Assembly (NCBI GenBank): GCA_038215155.1
Contig: JBBQRF010000001.1
Span: forward strand, 54,042-118,041
Source of the DNA: Minisyncoccia bacterium
Lineage (GTDB): Bacteria; Patescibacteriota; Minisyncoccia; Phycocordibacterales; CAJBRS01
Direction: 5' to 3'
DNA: 64,000 nucleotides
Made by a program: the position numbers and the translations under genes. This document shows, one piece after another, positions 1 to 8,588 of the stretch; the stretch's first letter is position 1, and the number at the start of each line of letters is the position of its first letter. The notes beneath the pieces are model-generated. The model saw only the letters and a program-made list of their open reading frames with translations. It searched no databases and was not told the origin of the DNA.

Positions 1-309
1 CTTTGCTCGAGTATCCACTTTGTGAGGCGTGATTTTTATCAGTCTTCTTTTAGTTAAGTCACTAGTCATGTTAGTAACGTAAGGAGCTTCCACGCCTAAG
101 ATATCTGCCGCATCACTAGGTTTAATCCCCTCCTCAAACTCACACAAGAGTCCTAAGAGGGCCCAACGTACTGGACCGATTTCTAGCTCGTTAAGATAAA
201 GTGTAGTGTTTTGGTGAAGGATTCGATAAGCTTTCGTCTGAAGTAGCCCTACTTTGTAGGTAGTATTGTTCTTTGCTAGCAGTTTCATTTTTTTCATCAT
301 ATCTTTCAT
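1..309 (-). CDS. MarR-family transcriptional regulator, partial (C-terminus lies beyond the left edge)
   Basis: Absent from the ORF track because it runs off the window. My reverse translation from the ATG at 309 (in-frame alternatives at 300/297/288) gives MKDMMKKMKLLAKNNTTYKVGLLQTKAYRILHQNTTLYLNELEIGPVRWALLGLLCEFEEGIKPSDAADILGVEAPYVTNMTSDLTKRRLIKITPHKVDTRAK. This is a winged-helix MarR pattern with the typical D-x-R-x-K wing. Confidence 0.7.
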   Translation of the reverse strand, partial: MKDMMKKMKLLAKNNTTYKVGLLQTKAYRILHQNTTLYLNELEIGPVRWALLGLLCEFEEGIKPSDAADILGVEAPYVTNMTSDLTKRRLIKITPHKVDTRAK

Positions 310-335
310 TGTTCTATACTACTACCGAACACTTT

Positions 336-794
336 TTAAGGCATTAATACCGTGTCAATAATGTGGGTAACTCCATTTGAAGAAATTACATCCGCTATTA
401 CTACTTTTGCATCGTTAATCCATACTCCCCCATCATTTTTGGTAATTTTAAGATCCTTTCCATTTACGGATTTTACCATCTGCTCCCCTTCCTTGAGATC
501 ACCAGCTTTCCAGGCGCCGGATACCACATGATAGGTTAAGATGGATGTTAATTTTTCTTTATTTTCAGGCTCAATCAGCGTTTCTACTGTCCCCTCGGGA
601 AGCTTTTTAAAGGCTTCGTTTGTAGGGGCAAATACGGTGAAAGGCCCGGCGCCTGATAATGTCTCTACTAAATCCGCTGCTTTTACTGCTGCAACCAAAG
701 TAGTGACGTTATTCGCTTGAACGGCGTTCTCTACAATATTTTTTGAGGGATACATCATGGCTCCCCCGACCATTATTCCATTTTCTTCTTGCAT
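336..794 (-). CDS. fasciclin (FAS1) domain protein
   Basis: 152-aa ORF with FAS1 hallmarks: TVFAPTNEAFKKLP, LTYHVV, and C-terminal GVTHIIDTVLMP. Confidence 0.85.
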   Translation of the reverse strand: MQEENGIMVGGAMMYPSKNIVENAVQANNVTTLVAAVKAADLVETLSGAGPFTVFAPTNEAFKKLPEGTVETLIEPENKEKLTSILTYHVVSGAWKAGDLKEGEQMVKSVNGKDLKITKNDGGVWINDAKVVIADVISSNGVTHIIDTVLMP

Positions 795-1020
795 ATATTT
801 ATTTTGATTAGATTTAATAACACTCGACCTATAACTAATTATAGTTAAGTCGCTTAAGTATATATTAAACCTAATTTAAATGCAAGGGTGCTAGTTCTAT
901 TTAGGAGATTATTTGTGTCTCTTTGCGTTCTTGATCCCTAGTCGTTTTTTGGTTTTTTTTGAACGTGATGTTTTGTTGCGAATATCTACTGATTTTCGTT
1001 TAGCCATAAAATAATGAATT

Positions 1021-1071
1021 TAAATAAATAAAAACTGCCGCCGCACTCTAAAACTACTTTCGCGGCGGCAG
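1021..1071 (-). terminator. rho-independent terminator downstream of csp
   Basis: GC-rich stem ctgccgccgc (1035-1044) pairs with gcggcggcag (1062-1071). On the minus strand it is followed by a T-rich run (revcomp of taaataaataaaaa). It starts 8 nt after the csp stop. Confidence 0.7.
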
Positions 1072-1078
1072 TTCGCTA

Positions 1079-1276
1079 TTAAGCTTTTGTAACGTTCTTG
1101 GCAGCCGGTCCTCGGTCTGTATCTTCTACTTCAAAGTTCACTGCATCTCCTTCTCGGAGTTCAGCAAAAGTTGTGCCACTGACGCTCTCTGAATGAAAGA
1201 AAAGGTCCTTAGCTTCGCCCTCGCGAGAGATAAAACCAAATCCTCGATCAGTCAATTTTTTGATTGTTCCAGTCAT
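1079..1276 (-). CDS. csp: cold-shock protein (CspA family)
   Basis: 65 aa, a single cold-shock domain with RNP1-like GFGFI and RNP2-like FFHSE motifs. Confidence 0.95.
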   Translation of the reverse strand: MTGTIKKLTDRGFGFISREGEAKDLFFHSESVSGTTFAELREGDAVNFEVEDTDRGPAAKNVTKA

Positions 1277-1333
1277 TGTTTTTTTGTTTAAAATGTATAA
1301 AGCGACCCTTTCTTAAAAAGAAATTAAAAATAA

Positions 1334-1567
1334 TTACTCCGCTCGAGTTCGCAGCCAGTCAATTACGTGCTTTCTGTGTCTGTCCGTTGTCCAACGATCC
1401 CCGTCTTTAAAGAGCGATTGATGCTCGCTTTTAAATTGGTGGAGATTGCTGAGGGTAACCCGTGGGAAACTTTCTGGCACGTTGGAGTTGTAGAAATTCT
1501 GAAATTCATTAATCGAGAGCAGTATCTCGCTAGGGTTTATTTTAGGAGTTTTTGTCATATTAATCAA
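1334..1567 (-). CDS. hypothetical 77-aa protein between the helicase and csp
   Basis: ORF overlaps the helicase stop by 8 nt and is co-directional with the flanking genes. I recognise no motif. Confidence 0.5.
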   Translation of the reverse strand: MINMTKTPKINPSEILLSINEFQNFYNSNVPESFPRVTLSNLHQFKSEHQSLFKDGDRWTTDRHRKHVIDWLRTRAE

Positions 1568-2702
1568 TGAAGGTTAAGGCCTTACCTTTCTTGTTTCCTC
1601 GCCCTGTGCGGCCGATTCGGTGAATATAATCGTCGTTAGTAGCCGGTAAATCAAAATTGATGACGTGGGAAATATTATCTATATCCAAGCCTCGGGCAGC
1701 TACATCCGTCGCCACCAGCACCTGTATATGGTTTTCTTTGAAAAGTTTTAAAGCTCTCTGTCGCTGACTATGATTCTTATTACCGTGGATAGAATCAGAT
1801 TTGAAGCCTCTTTTGCCTAGTATCTGAGAGAGATTTTCCACTCCCCTTTTTGTGCGTCCAAAGATTAGCACTTTTGTAAGCTCTTTTTGGTTTAGTAAAT
1901 CGTGTAGAAGTTCGGTCTTGTTTTGACTTCGGCCGACTCTAATAACGTCCTGCTCCACATTTTTAGCGGTATCTTGGCTTTTGACAGAAATTCGCACTGC
2001 TTCATGCAAGAACTCGTGAATTAATTTATCAATCTCCGGTGAAAGAGTGGCGGAAAAAAATAAAGTCTGTCGCTTCTTTGGCATGGCGCCCATGATAATT
2101 CTCATATCATTGATAAAGCCCATGTCGAGCATTCGATCTGCTTCATCTAAGACAATGGTATTGAAATTAGCTGGACGAATGAGGTGGCGGTTAATCAAGT
2201 CTTTTAATCGTCCCGGCGTACCAATAATAAAATTATTCTTGTATTTTAATTCTCTAATCTGTGGGCCAATAGGCGCTCCTCCCACGCAACAAACAGAAAA
2301 GATTTTCATGCCAGAGGCAAAATCTTTTAGTTCGCTCTGAATCTGAATAGCTAGTTCTCTAGTTGGCACAATAATCATTATTTCCTCCGCCCTATTTAAG
2401 AGAACTTTATTAATTAGAGGAATGATAAAAGCGGCTGTTTTACCAGTGCCTGTGTTGGCGATACCTACCAGGTCTGACCCTTCGAGGATACGACCAATAG
2501 CCCGATCCTGGATGGGAGTCGGCATCGTATACTTTTTATTGACGATAGATTTTTTCAGGATTTGCTCAATCTTGAAATCTTCAAATCGATGTTCAGGTTT
2601 GAAATGCTCCGCTTCTTCCGTAATAACGGCTTTATTGATGAATTTTGCAAAATTGATCTTTTCAGTCTTTCCCTTGAACTTCCGTGGATATTTCTTATAC
2701 AT
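1560..2702 (-). CDS. DEAD-box ATP-dependent RNA helicase
   Basis: Q-motif region (TPIQ), Walker A ANTGTGKTAAF, PTRELA, DEAD (VLDEADRMLDMGF), SAT, HRIGRTGR. Confidence 0.95.
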   Translation of the reverse strand: MYKKYPRKFKGKTEKINFAKFINKAVITEEAEHFKPEHRFEDFKIEQILKKSIVNKKYTMPTPIQDRAIGRILEGSDLVGIANTGTGKTAAFIIPLINKVLLNRAEEIMIIVPTRELAIQIQSELKDFASGMKIFSVCCVGGAPIGPQIRELKYKNNFIIGTPGRLKDLINRHLIRPANFNTIVLDEADRMLDMGFINDMRIIMGAMPKKRQTLFFSATLSPEIDKLIHEFLHEAVRISVKSQDTAKNVEQDVIRVGRSQNKTELLHDLLNQKELTKVLIFGRTKRGVENLSQILGKRGFKSDSIHGNKNHSQRQRALKLFKENHIQVLVATDVAARGLDIDNISHVINFDLPATNDDYIHRIGRTGRGNKKGKALTFID

Positions 2703-2759
2703 TTTTCGATAACTCTCACTCGAAAGTTTAGAAAAACTAAGGAGAATCGTTATAGCCCT

Positions 2760-2788
2760 ATATTACTAGAGAAACCGGAATACGTCAA
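2760..2788 (-). promoter_or_regulatory. sigma70-like promoter for the helicase/csp unit
   Basis: On the minus strand: TTGACG (2783-2788), 17 nt, TAATAT (2760-2765). It sits directly after the upstream terminator and about 57 nt before the helicase ATG. Confidence 0.5.
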
Positions 2789-2790
2789 GG

Positions 2791-2825
2791 AAAACGCCGC
2801 ACGCCCATGGGCGCGCGGCGTTTTC
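2791..2825 (-). terminator. hairpin terminator after the 2849-3556 gene
   Basis: aaaacgccgcacgccca pairs with tgggcgcgcggcgtttt (17-bp stem, one mismatch). A and T tracts on both sides make it potentially bidirectional. Confidence 0.65.
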
Positions 2826-2848
2826 ACTAAAACTTAGTTTCGATCTGG

Positions 2849-3556
2849 TTATCTTCGAAAGATTTTGAAAAACCAGCCGAAGAGACTAACTCCACTTGCA
2901 TGAGCGTCGATGAAAGCTTGTAAGGATGCTTGCTCTCTAACCAATACTTGAATTTGAGTGTTCAATTCTGCCTTTATAGCAACGTCAGTAGAAGAAGCAG
3001 CTAAAGCTCTTAATTGATTGATGGTTACTGTGGTGTTGGCTACCGCTGCTCTAAGGAGACTTAAACTAGTTTCATCTGTTCCAAAAAAGAAAACATGAAG
3101 TCGGCCTTGTCCTTCAAGATGGGACATTGCCGCAACAGTGCTTGAGCTTGAATGATCTTGATCTTCAGCAATGACACGAACCTTGGCTCCTATTCCTTTA
3201 TCGTGATCAGCAATATTAAGGAGATGCTGAACGAAACTAGCAACAACGCTTCGGTGCATGTCAGCACTTTCCTCACCCTGTGTTTCTACATCATTATCAT
3301 TCTTATCTTCGTTTCGTACCGTGGTAGTACTAGAATTATGTCCCGACACTTCGTCGCGTTCTCCACGATCTTTATGGCGAGAGTTTAAGTCACCATCAGC
3401 ATCTATTTCTTCAGAGGTATTTGCAGAATCTTCACCATTAGTAATCTTTAGTTGTGAATTCACGGAGGTTCGGAAATTTGTTTCCGCAAAAGCAAAACTG
3501 GAACTTATCAAACTAAGCATAAGGGCTAGGGATAAGAAAAGACTTGTTTTTTTCAT
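2849..3556 (-). CDS. secreted hypothetical protein
   Basis: N-terminal signal peptide MKKTSLFLSLALMLSLISSSFAFA, an acidic low-complexity middle and a helical C-terminus. No recognisable family. Confidence 0.6.
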   Translation of the reverse strand: MKKTSLFLSLALMLSLISSSFAFAETNFRTSVNSQLKITNGEDSANTSEEIDADGDLNSRHKDRGERDEVSGHNSSTTTVRNEDKNDNDVETQGEESADMHRSVVASFVQHLLNIADHDKGIGAKVRVIAEDQDHSSSSTVAAMSHLEGQGRLHVFFFGTDETSLSLLRAAVANTTVTINQLRALAASSTDVAIKAELNTQIQVLVREQASLQAFIDAHASGVSLFGWFFKIFRR

Positions 3557-3687
3557 GTTTAATATTTAATTAGTTATTAATAAATAAATCGGATAATACC
3601 CTCTACATCATAGCAGACGTATCGTCACAATCACTCTTACACACCCTCCTCTTTCAAAACGGCTTATTGTATGCTTATATTTAATTT

Positions 3688-5028
3688 ATGAAATCTTATT
3701 TACATTCATTGGGCAAGTGGCCGATCTGGCATAATTACAGTCCTACAGAATGGGTCTTAATAAGTGTCGGCGCACTTGCATTATTTTATATTGCTCTAAA
3801 TTTTTTTACATCTTTTGGAGATCAGACTCCTCCTCCTAAAATTGACTCTTCTGTCAGCTTAAATGATATCGGCCAATTTGAGGAAACTTTAGCGCATGCT
3901 GTAAATTCCAATATTTATGATATGCCTTCCGATTCGGTAAAAATATTAACTAATGGTGGTGAATTCCTGCCCGACTTATTGTCTGAAATCCAAACGGCAA
4001 AAAGTTCAATTTCAATCACCGATTATATTTGGGACGGTGGCAGTTTCGGCAACACATTATTTGAAGCATTAATTAAGAAAGCTCAGGAAGGGGTAGAGGT
4101 CAAAGTGCTGGTTGACGGGACTGGTGGGCATAAGGCAGATACAGACCTAATTAAAAAACTAGAACAGGCCGGAGGCAAGTTCGCTCGATTTCGTCCTGTC
4201 AGGTGGTGGAATTTAAATCGTATTGATCGCCGAACCCATGTACGAGATTTTGTCATTGATAATAAAACTGCCTATGTGGGAGGCATTGCTATTTCCGATT
4301 TATGGCTTGGAGATGCCACCACTTCCAAATCTTGGCATGATTTTATGTTTAAGTCGGGTGGATTATTAGCAGATCAATCCGCCAAGATTTTTAATGTAAT
4401 GTGGAGCAACACTACTGGAGAAATTTTACAAACATCATCCAACACAGAACTTGGTGGGAAACTAGCTCCAAAAGGCTCTAGTTTTGTCCCACTATTCAGT
4501 GTCCCCTCACCTGATATGTCTCACAATATGGAACATTTCATTTGGCTTTCAATGGGTGCAGCTGACCACTCCATCCATATTGAAAATCCATATCTTGTGC
4601 CGAGTAAATCTTTGCTTCAGATGCTGGAAAATAAAGCTCGAGAAGGTGTGGACGTAAAAATTATTGTCCCGGGGAAAAACACCGATGCTAAATACACTAG
4701 GTGGGCTACCCAGTCTTTCTACTCAGAGTTATTAAAGGCGGGGGTAAGAATTTTTGAATACCAACCTTCCCGTATACATGCCAAAATTATGGTGTTTGAT
4801 AATAAATGGAGCATTGTAGGGTCAGCTAACCTAGACAATCGTTCCAGTCAGATTAACCTAGAGTATGTAGTAGGTATTGCAGATCCTAAATTTGCCACTA
4901 ATTTAGAAGATAAGTTTCAAGAGGATTTAACCAAGACCAAAGAGATTACCAAGGAGAATTGGAAAGGTACCTCAACATTCAAACTTCCTTTTGAATTAGT
5001 TTCTAAAATATTTATTAAGCAATACTAA
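3688..5028 (+). CDS. phospholipase D / cardiolipin synthase family protein
   Basis: N-terminal TM segment. Two PLD repeats: the second has a canonical HKD motif (HAKIMVFDNKWSIVGSANLDNRS), the first is degenerate (HVRDFVIDNKTAYVGGIAISD). Confidence 0.85.
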   Translation: MKSYLHSLGKWPIWHNYSPTEWVLISVGALALFYIALNFFTSFGDQTPPPKIDSSVSLNDIGQFEETLAHAVNSNIYDMPSDSVKILTNGGEFLPDLLSEIQTAKSSISITDYIWDGGSFGNTLFEALIKKAQEGVEVKVLVDGTGGHKADTDLIKKLEQAGGKFARFRPVRWWNLNRIDRRTHVRDFVIDNKTAYVGGIAISDLWLGDATTSKSWHDFMFKSGGLLADQSAKIFNVMWSNTTGEILQTSSNTELGGKLAPKGSSFVPLFSVPSPDMSHNMEHFIWLSMGAADHSIHIENPYLVPSKSLLQMLENKAREGVDVKIIVPGKNTDAKYTRWATQSFYSELLKAGVRIFEYQPSRIHAKIMVFDNKWSIVGSANLDNRSSQINLEYVVGIADPKFATNLEDKFQEDLTKTKEITKENWKGTSTFKLPFELVSKIFIKQY

Positions 5029-5083
5029 AGTTATCACAGAGTAGTTGATTTTACCGCGGTTATTACTTACCATATCACTAGAT

Positions 5084-5431
5084 ATGGACTCTTCTGATTC
5101 TTACGATACGTTATTAAGTATTCTATTCGATATAGGTGGTGCGATGGTAGTTTTTCTCAGCATCTATGGTGCTGTCATGGGTTGTCGAAAATACATTTGT
5201 GGAAGGTGTTTCCTGCCCTTTGTGCGAAGATATTGGCATTCGGGCCCCGTTTTCCACTCGTACCCTGACGAAAAAGATAATTATATCTACACTCGGCATA
5301 ATTTGATGAAGGAGTGTCGGCGACCACAATGTAGATACCGTAACGCATTGGATACCTATGAGGTGCCGTCAGAGACCGATGAGTTTTTGGAGCACATAAG
5401 TGTGCATAGTATGGAGACGGAAACATGGTGA
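5084..5431 (+). CDS. hypothetical membrane-anchored Cys-rich protein
   Basis: The ORF-track frame starts at 5045 (TTG); the first ATG is at 5084 (MDSSDSY...). One TM segment (FDIGGAMVVFLSIYGAVMG) is followed by CxxxxCxxC ... CxxxxC. The plus-strand orientation is supported by the terminator at 5524-5555. No SD sequence seen. Confidence 0.35.
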   Translation: MDSSDSYDTLLSILFDIGGAMVVFLSIYGAVMGCRKYICGRCFLPFVRRYWHSGPVFHSYPDEKDNYIYTRHNLMKECRRPQCRYRNALDTYEVPSETDEFLEHISVHSMETETW

Positions 5432-5535
5432 TAATTATAAGTGGTTTACTCGTAGTACTTCTCTGTTTAAGTTGGTTCCTCTTGTTCCTCTGGATCAAGC
5501 TATGTAAGAGTACCCAGGAATTTAATCTCGACTGA
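5425..5535 (+). CDS. 36-aa single-TM mini-protein
   Basis: My translation: MVIIISGLLVVLLCLSWFLLFLWIKLCKSTQEFNLD. Its ATG overlaps the upstream stop (ATGGTGA). The terminator stem begins inside its last codons. Confidence 0.3.
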   Translation: MVIIISGLLVVLLCLSWFLLFLWIKLCKSTQEFNLD

Positions 5536-5555
5536 AGGTGGTCGAGATTTTTTAT
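5524..5555 (+). terminator. rho-independent terminator
   Basis: aatctcgac (5524-5532), loop tgaaggtg, gtcgagatt (5541-5549), then TTTTTAT. Confidence 0.65.
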
Positions 5556-6038
5556 CTATGATAGAAGTGTTTTTAGAAGATTTTCAATATCAAGTGGCAA
5601 GGTTACCATCTCCACCTCGCCATCATTGTTAACTTTCCATTCAGATCTAGGGCGGTCTGCATAAAGTTCTATTCCGTTACCATCTGGATCATTAAGATAA
5701 ATAGCTTCTGAAACTCCATGATCAGATGCGCCCGCTAGAGGATAATTTACATCGATTAATTTCTGCAGAGTGTGCGCCAGTTCTTTTCTACTGGGATACA
5801 AAATAGCCGTATGATATAAACCGGTGTGGCCGCTCGGTGCTGGTGTGCCCCCCAAACTCTCCCAGGTGTTGAGCCCAATGTGGTGATGATAACCACCCGC
5901 CGAAAGAAAGACGGCTTCTTTTCCGTAGCGAGCAGTCACTTCAAAACCAAGCATGTCTCGATAAAAACCGAGAGCTCGCTCTAGATCGGCCACTTTTAAA
6001 TGTACGTGGCCGATCGTTACATCCCTATGAACCCCCAT
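5556..6038 (-). CDS. VOC (glyoxalase/bleomycin-resistance/extradiol dioxygenase) family protein
   Basis: 160 aa. GHVHLKVADLERALGFYRDMLGFE plus a second half-domain ending GNGIELY, typical of the VOC fold. Confidence 0.85.
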   Translation of the reverse strand: MGVHRDVTIGHVHLKVADLERALGFYRDMLGFEVTARYGKEAVFLSAGGYHHHIGLNTWESLGGTPAPSGHTGLYHTAILYPSRKELAHTLQKLIDVNYPLAGASDHGVSEAIYLNDPDGNGIELYADRPRSEWKVNNDGEVEMVTLPLDIENLLKTLLS

Positions 6039-6667
6039 TATTGAGTCAGAGTAAACTGGACAATATTGCTAGTGCCATTTTTATTTATGACGCTGACAGA
6101 ATAAGTTCCCGGAGTTAATCGAATGGCAGTAATACCGACGCAAGCCCCTGCATCGCTACAGAGAATGCCCGAAGGGCCACTAGCCGGTACGATAAAAGTC
6201 AGCGTTTTGCCATTGGTCGAACCGCTAGTACTAATTACATTATCTGCAGATCCATCCTTATGGTGTCGCCCGCCTGAAGTGCCGAATGTGATTTGATTCG
6301 AGCGGCGATCAAAATTTAGACCCGTAATTGTTACTTCAGTGCCTGCATTTCCGCTCGATGGCTTTAGAGAAGTAATTTGCGGCTTGGAAGTCACAGTCGT
6401 TGCTGTTGTGGTGGAAGTGGTTGTAGAAGAAGTAATTGAGGTAGTAGAGGTAGAATTTGAAGTTGAATCAATTACTATCACTGGTTTGGCAGATGCGCGG
6501 TGGGAAATATTTCCGACGACGACAGAAGAAGTTTCCGCCATGCTTAAGACGTCAGCAGTCTTTTGATATTGAACGCCTAGATAAAAAGTTAAAATTGGTA
6601 ATAGCAAAATAAAGACAATTAGTGCTGCTAAACGTGAGTACCAGGTATATTCATTCCATTGAATCAT
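6038..6667 (-). CDS. membrane-anchored protein with a Ser/Thr-rich linker and an IPT/TIG-like domain
   Basis: N-terminal TM segment, a long S/T run (TSNSTSTTSITSSTTTSTTTATTVTS), then ITSLKPSSGNAGTEVTITGLNF, which resembles an IPT/TIG beta-sandwich. Confidence 0.7.
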   Translation of the reverse strand: MIQWNEYTWYSRLAALIVFILLLPILTFYLGVQYQKTADVLSMAETSSVVVGNISHRASAKPVIVIDSTSNSTSTTSITSSTTTSTTTATTVTSKPQITSLKPSSGNAGTEVTITGLNFDRRSNQITFGTSGGRHHKDGSADNVISTSGSTNGKTLTFIVPASGPSGILCSDAGACVGITAIRLTPGTYSVSVINKNGTSNIVQFTLTQ

Positions 6668-6704
6668 AATAATTTGTGGTTAATAGTAATTCAAATATTA
6701 TATC

Positions 6705-7844
6705 TTATTTTTTATTTTCATAGTATTTCTGTCCATGAAGTTTTTCTGGCAATAAATCTTCTTTAGTATAGCGATCGTATCCTTTATGATAACCGAGATC
6801 TTTCATTAATTTAGTCGGGGCATTGCGAATCTTGAGAGGAACAGGCAGATTGCCAAATTTCCTGACGTCTACCAACGCTCGGCCGTATGCTTCGTATGAT
6901 GCCTTGGACTTTGGTTGACGGCATAAATAAACGGTGCCGTCAGCCAAATTAATAGCACATTCCGGCAAACCAATAACTTCTACTGCTTTAAAAACTTCGT
7001 TCGCCACTACTAATGCAGTAGGGTTGGCCTGCCCGACATCCTCCGATGCAAAAATAACCATTCGTCGTGCAATGAATTTAGGCTCCTCCCCTGACTCAAT
7101 CATTCGTGCCAAGTAATAAAGCGCTGCATCGGGCTGACCGGCGCGCATGCTCTTAATAAAGGCGCTAATAGTGTTGTAGTGTTCATCCCCTTTCTTATCA
7201 AAGCGTAGAAATTTATTTTGCATAGTCTCGGCCAAAGTCTCCAGCGTAATTTCTTCATATAATTTTGAAACTGCCTCGAGCATGGTAATAGCTTGCCGAG
7301 CATCTCCGTTTGCCATAGCTACCAACCACTCTTTCGCTTTATTAGAAAGTTTTAACTTTGTCCGATCAATTATCTTAAACATCTCATTCTCACTTAATTC
7401 ATTCAGTACAAAAACGCGACAACGGCTAAGTAGGGCTGGTATCACTTCAAAACTCGGATTTTCTGTAGTCGCCCCAATTAAAGTAATATCGCCACTCTCC
7501 ACATAAGGCAAAAGAAAATCCTGCTGAGTCTTATTGAAACGATGAATCTCATCTAAAAATAAAAGTTTTGGCTTCGAGAGTAAGGTTTTCTTTCCCAACA
7601 ATTGTTTAATATCTTCCTTGCCTGCCGAAACTGCGGAAAGATGATGGAATTCCACATCCAATGCGGCCGCATATATTTTAGCCAGGGTAGTTTTACCTAC
7701 ACCGGGTGGACCCCATAAAATAAAAGAGAAAAGGTGCTTTTCTTGTATAGCCATGCGCAACGGCTTATTGGGGGCCACCAAATGACCTTGCCCAACAAAT
7801 TCCTTTAGACTGCGAGGTCTAATGCGGGAAGCTAACGGTTCCAT
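6705..7844 (-). CDS. rarA: replication-associated recombination protein A (AAA+ ATPase)
   Basis: RPRSLKEFVGQ, Walker A WGPPGVGKTTLA, Walker B LFLDEIHRFNK, and the C-terminal MgsA domain (DAALYYLARM, FASEDVG). SD-like AGAGGAG lies 9 nt upstream. Confidence 0.9.
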   Translation of the reverse strand: MEPLASRIRPRSLKEFVGQGHLVAPNKPLRMAIQEKHLFSFILWGPPGVGKTTLAKIYAAALDVEFHHLSAVSAGKEDIKQLLGKKTLLSKPKLLFLDEIHRFNKTQQDFLLPYVESGDITLIGATTENPSFEVIPALLSRCRVFVLNELSENEMFKIIDRTKLKLSNKAKEWLVAMANGDARQAITMLEAVSKLYEEITLETLAETMQNKFLRFDKKGDEHYNTISAFIKSMRAGQPDAALYYLARMIESGEEPKFIARRMVIFASEDVGQANPTALVVANEVFKAVEVIGLPECAINLADGTVYLCRQPKSKASYEAYGRALVDVRKFGNLPVPLKIRNAPTKLMKDLGYHKGYDRYTKEDLLPEKLHGQKYYENKK

Positions 7845-8017
7845 AGCAAGGCACTCCTCTTTAGAACAAAGAAAGAGTCACTAGCTTGTTATGAAACTTC
7901 AGAAAGATCTGGAAGTGATTAGCAAAGCGATGTTTCGCTCGTTTTAATCGCTTCTCCTTTGTTTGATAATCGTAATACATCATATTATTTAAGACGTGAA
8001 TAGTTAATAAACCTTAC

Positions 8018-8587
8018 TTAGTATTTTCTAATGACTGCCCGGACGATTGCCGCAATTCTCATTTGATACTGGGGATAAATATTTGAATATTTCTTATTGG
8101 CTGGCTCGAGATAGGCCTGTCCACCCTTATCGTAGCGTAGGTATTTCATTGTCCATCCTCCATCGACTTCAGCAATGACGATATCGCCTGCTTTAGCCGT
8201 ACCTTTTCGATCCACTAGGACCATGTCCCCTTCTTCAATGTGAGCTTCAATCATGGAGTCACCTTTTACCTCTAAAAGATAGGAAGAATCTTTATTTTCC
8301 ACTAAAAAATCTTCTAAATTCAAAGTATTATCCTTGATCTCATCAGCTGTCTCGGGAATACCGGCTTCCACTACTCCTAATAAAGGAATTTCATTAAAGA
8401 TGTTGTTGAGAGTAATTCTCCCCATCGCATCCTTGTTCAAAACCTCTTCTTCTACCAGGCGATTAATTAATTTAAAAACAGCATTCTTAGATTTGAAGCC
8501 GAGAAGATTCATAATCTCTTTATAGCCTGGCAAGCGGCCGTGTTTTTGATAGAAAGCGACAATTTTATCTTTGTATTCTATTTTCAT
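8018..8587 (-). CDS. lexA: LexA repressor (S24 peptidase)
   Basis: N-terminal winged HTH. S24 catalytic region with GDSM (VKGDSMIEAHI) and a downstream Lys (TMKYL). Confidence 0.9.
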   Translation of the reverse strand: MKIEYKDKIVAFYQKHGRLPGYKEIMNLLGFKSKNAVFKLINRLVEEEVLNKDAMGRITLNNIFNEIPLLGVVEAGIPETADEIKDNTLNLEDFLVENKDSSYLLEVKGDSMIEAHIEEGDMVLVDRKGTAKAGDIVIAEVDGGWTMKYLRYDKGGQAYLEPANKKYSNIYPQYQMRIAAIVRAVIRKY

Positions 8588-8588
8588 A

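Noticed and set aside
909-1007. A 32-aa highly basic minus-strand ORF (MAKRKSVDIRNKTSRSKKTKKRLGIKNAKRHK) between the csp terminator and the fasciclin gene.
   Set aside because: It has no SD, no promoter-like hexamers and no room for a promoter after the terminator, and I cannot match it to L32-L36, S21 or other small ribosomal proteins. It remains possible but unsupported.
5123-5498. Minus-strand ORFs 5123-5329 and 5175-5498, which overlap the plus-strand ORF.
   Set aside because: They overlap each other. The only terminator in the region is oriented for the plus strand, and neither has a start context or a recognisable motif.
7861-7983. A 40-aa minus-strand ORF (MMYYDYQTKEKRLKRAKHRFANHFQIFLKFHNKLVTLSLF) in the lexA-rarA gap.
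   Set aside because: It has no SD and only a 4/6 -10-like hexamer. The region must also hold the rarA promoter, and rarA has its own AGAGGAG site. Nothing supports coding.
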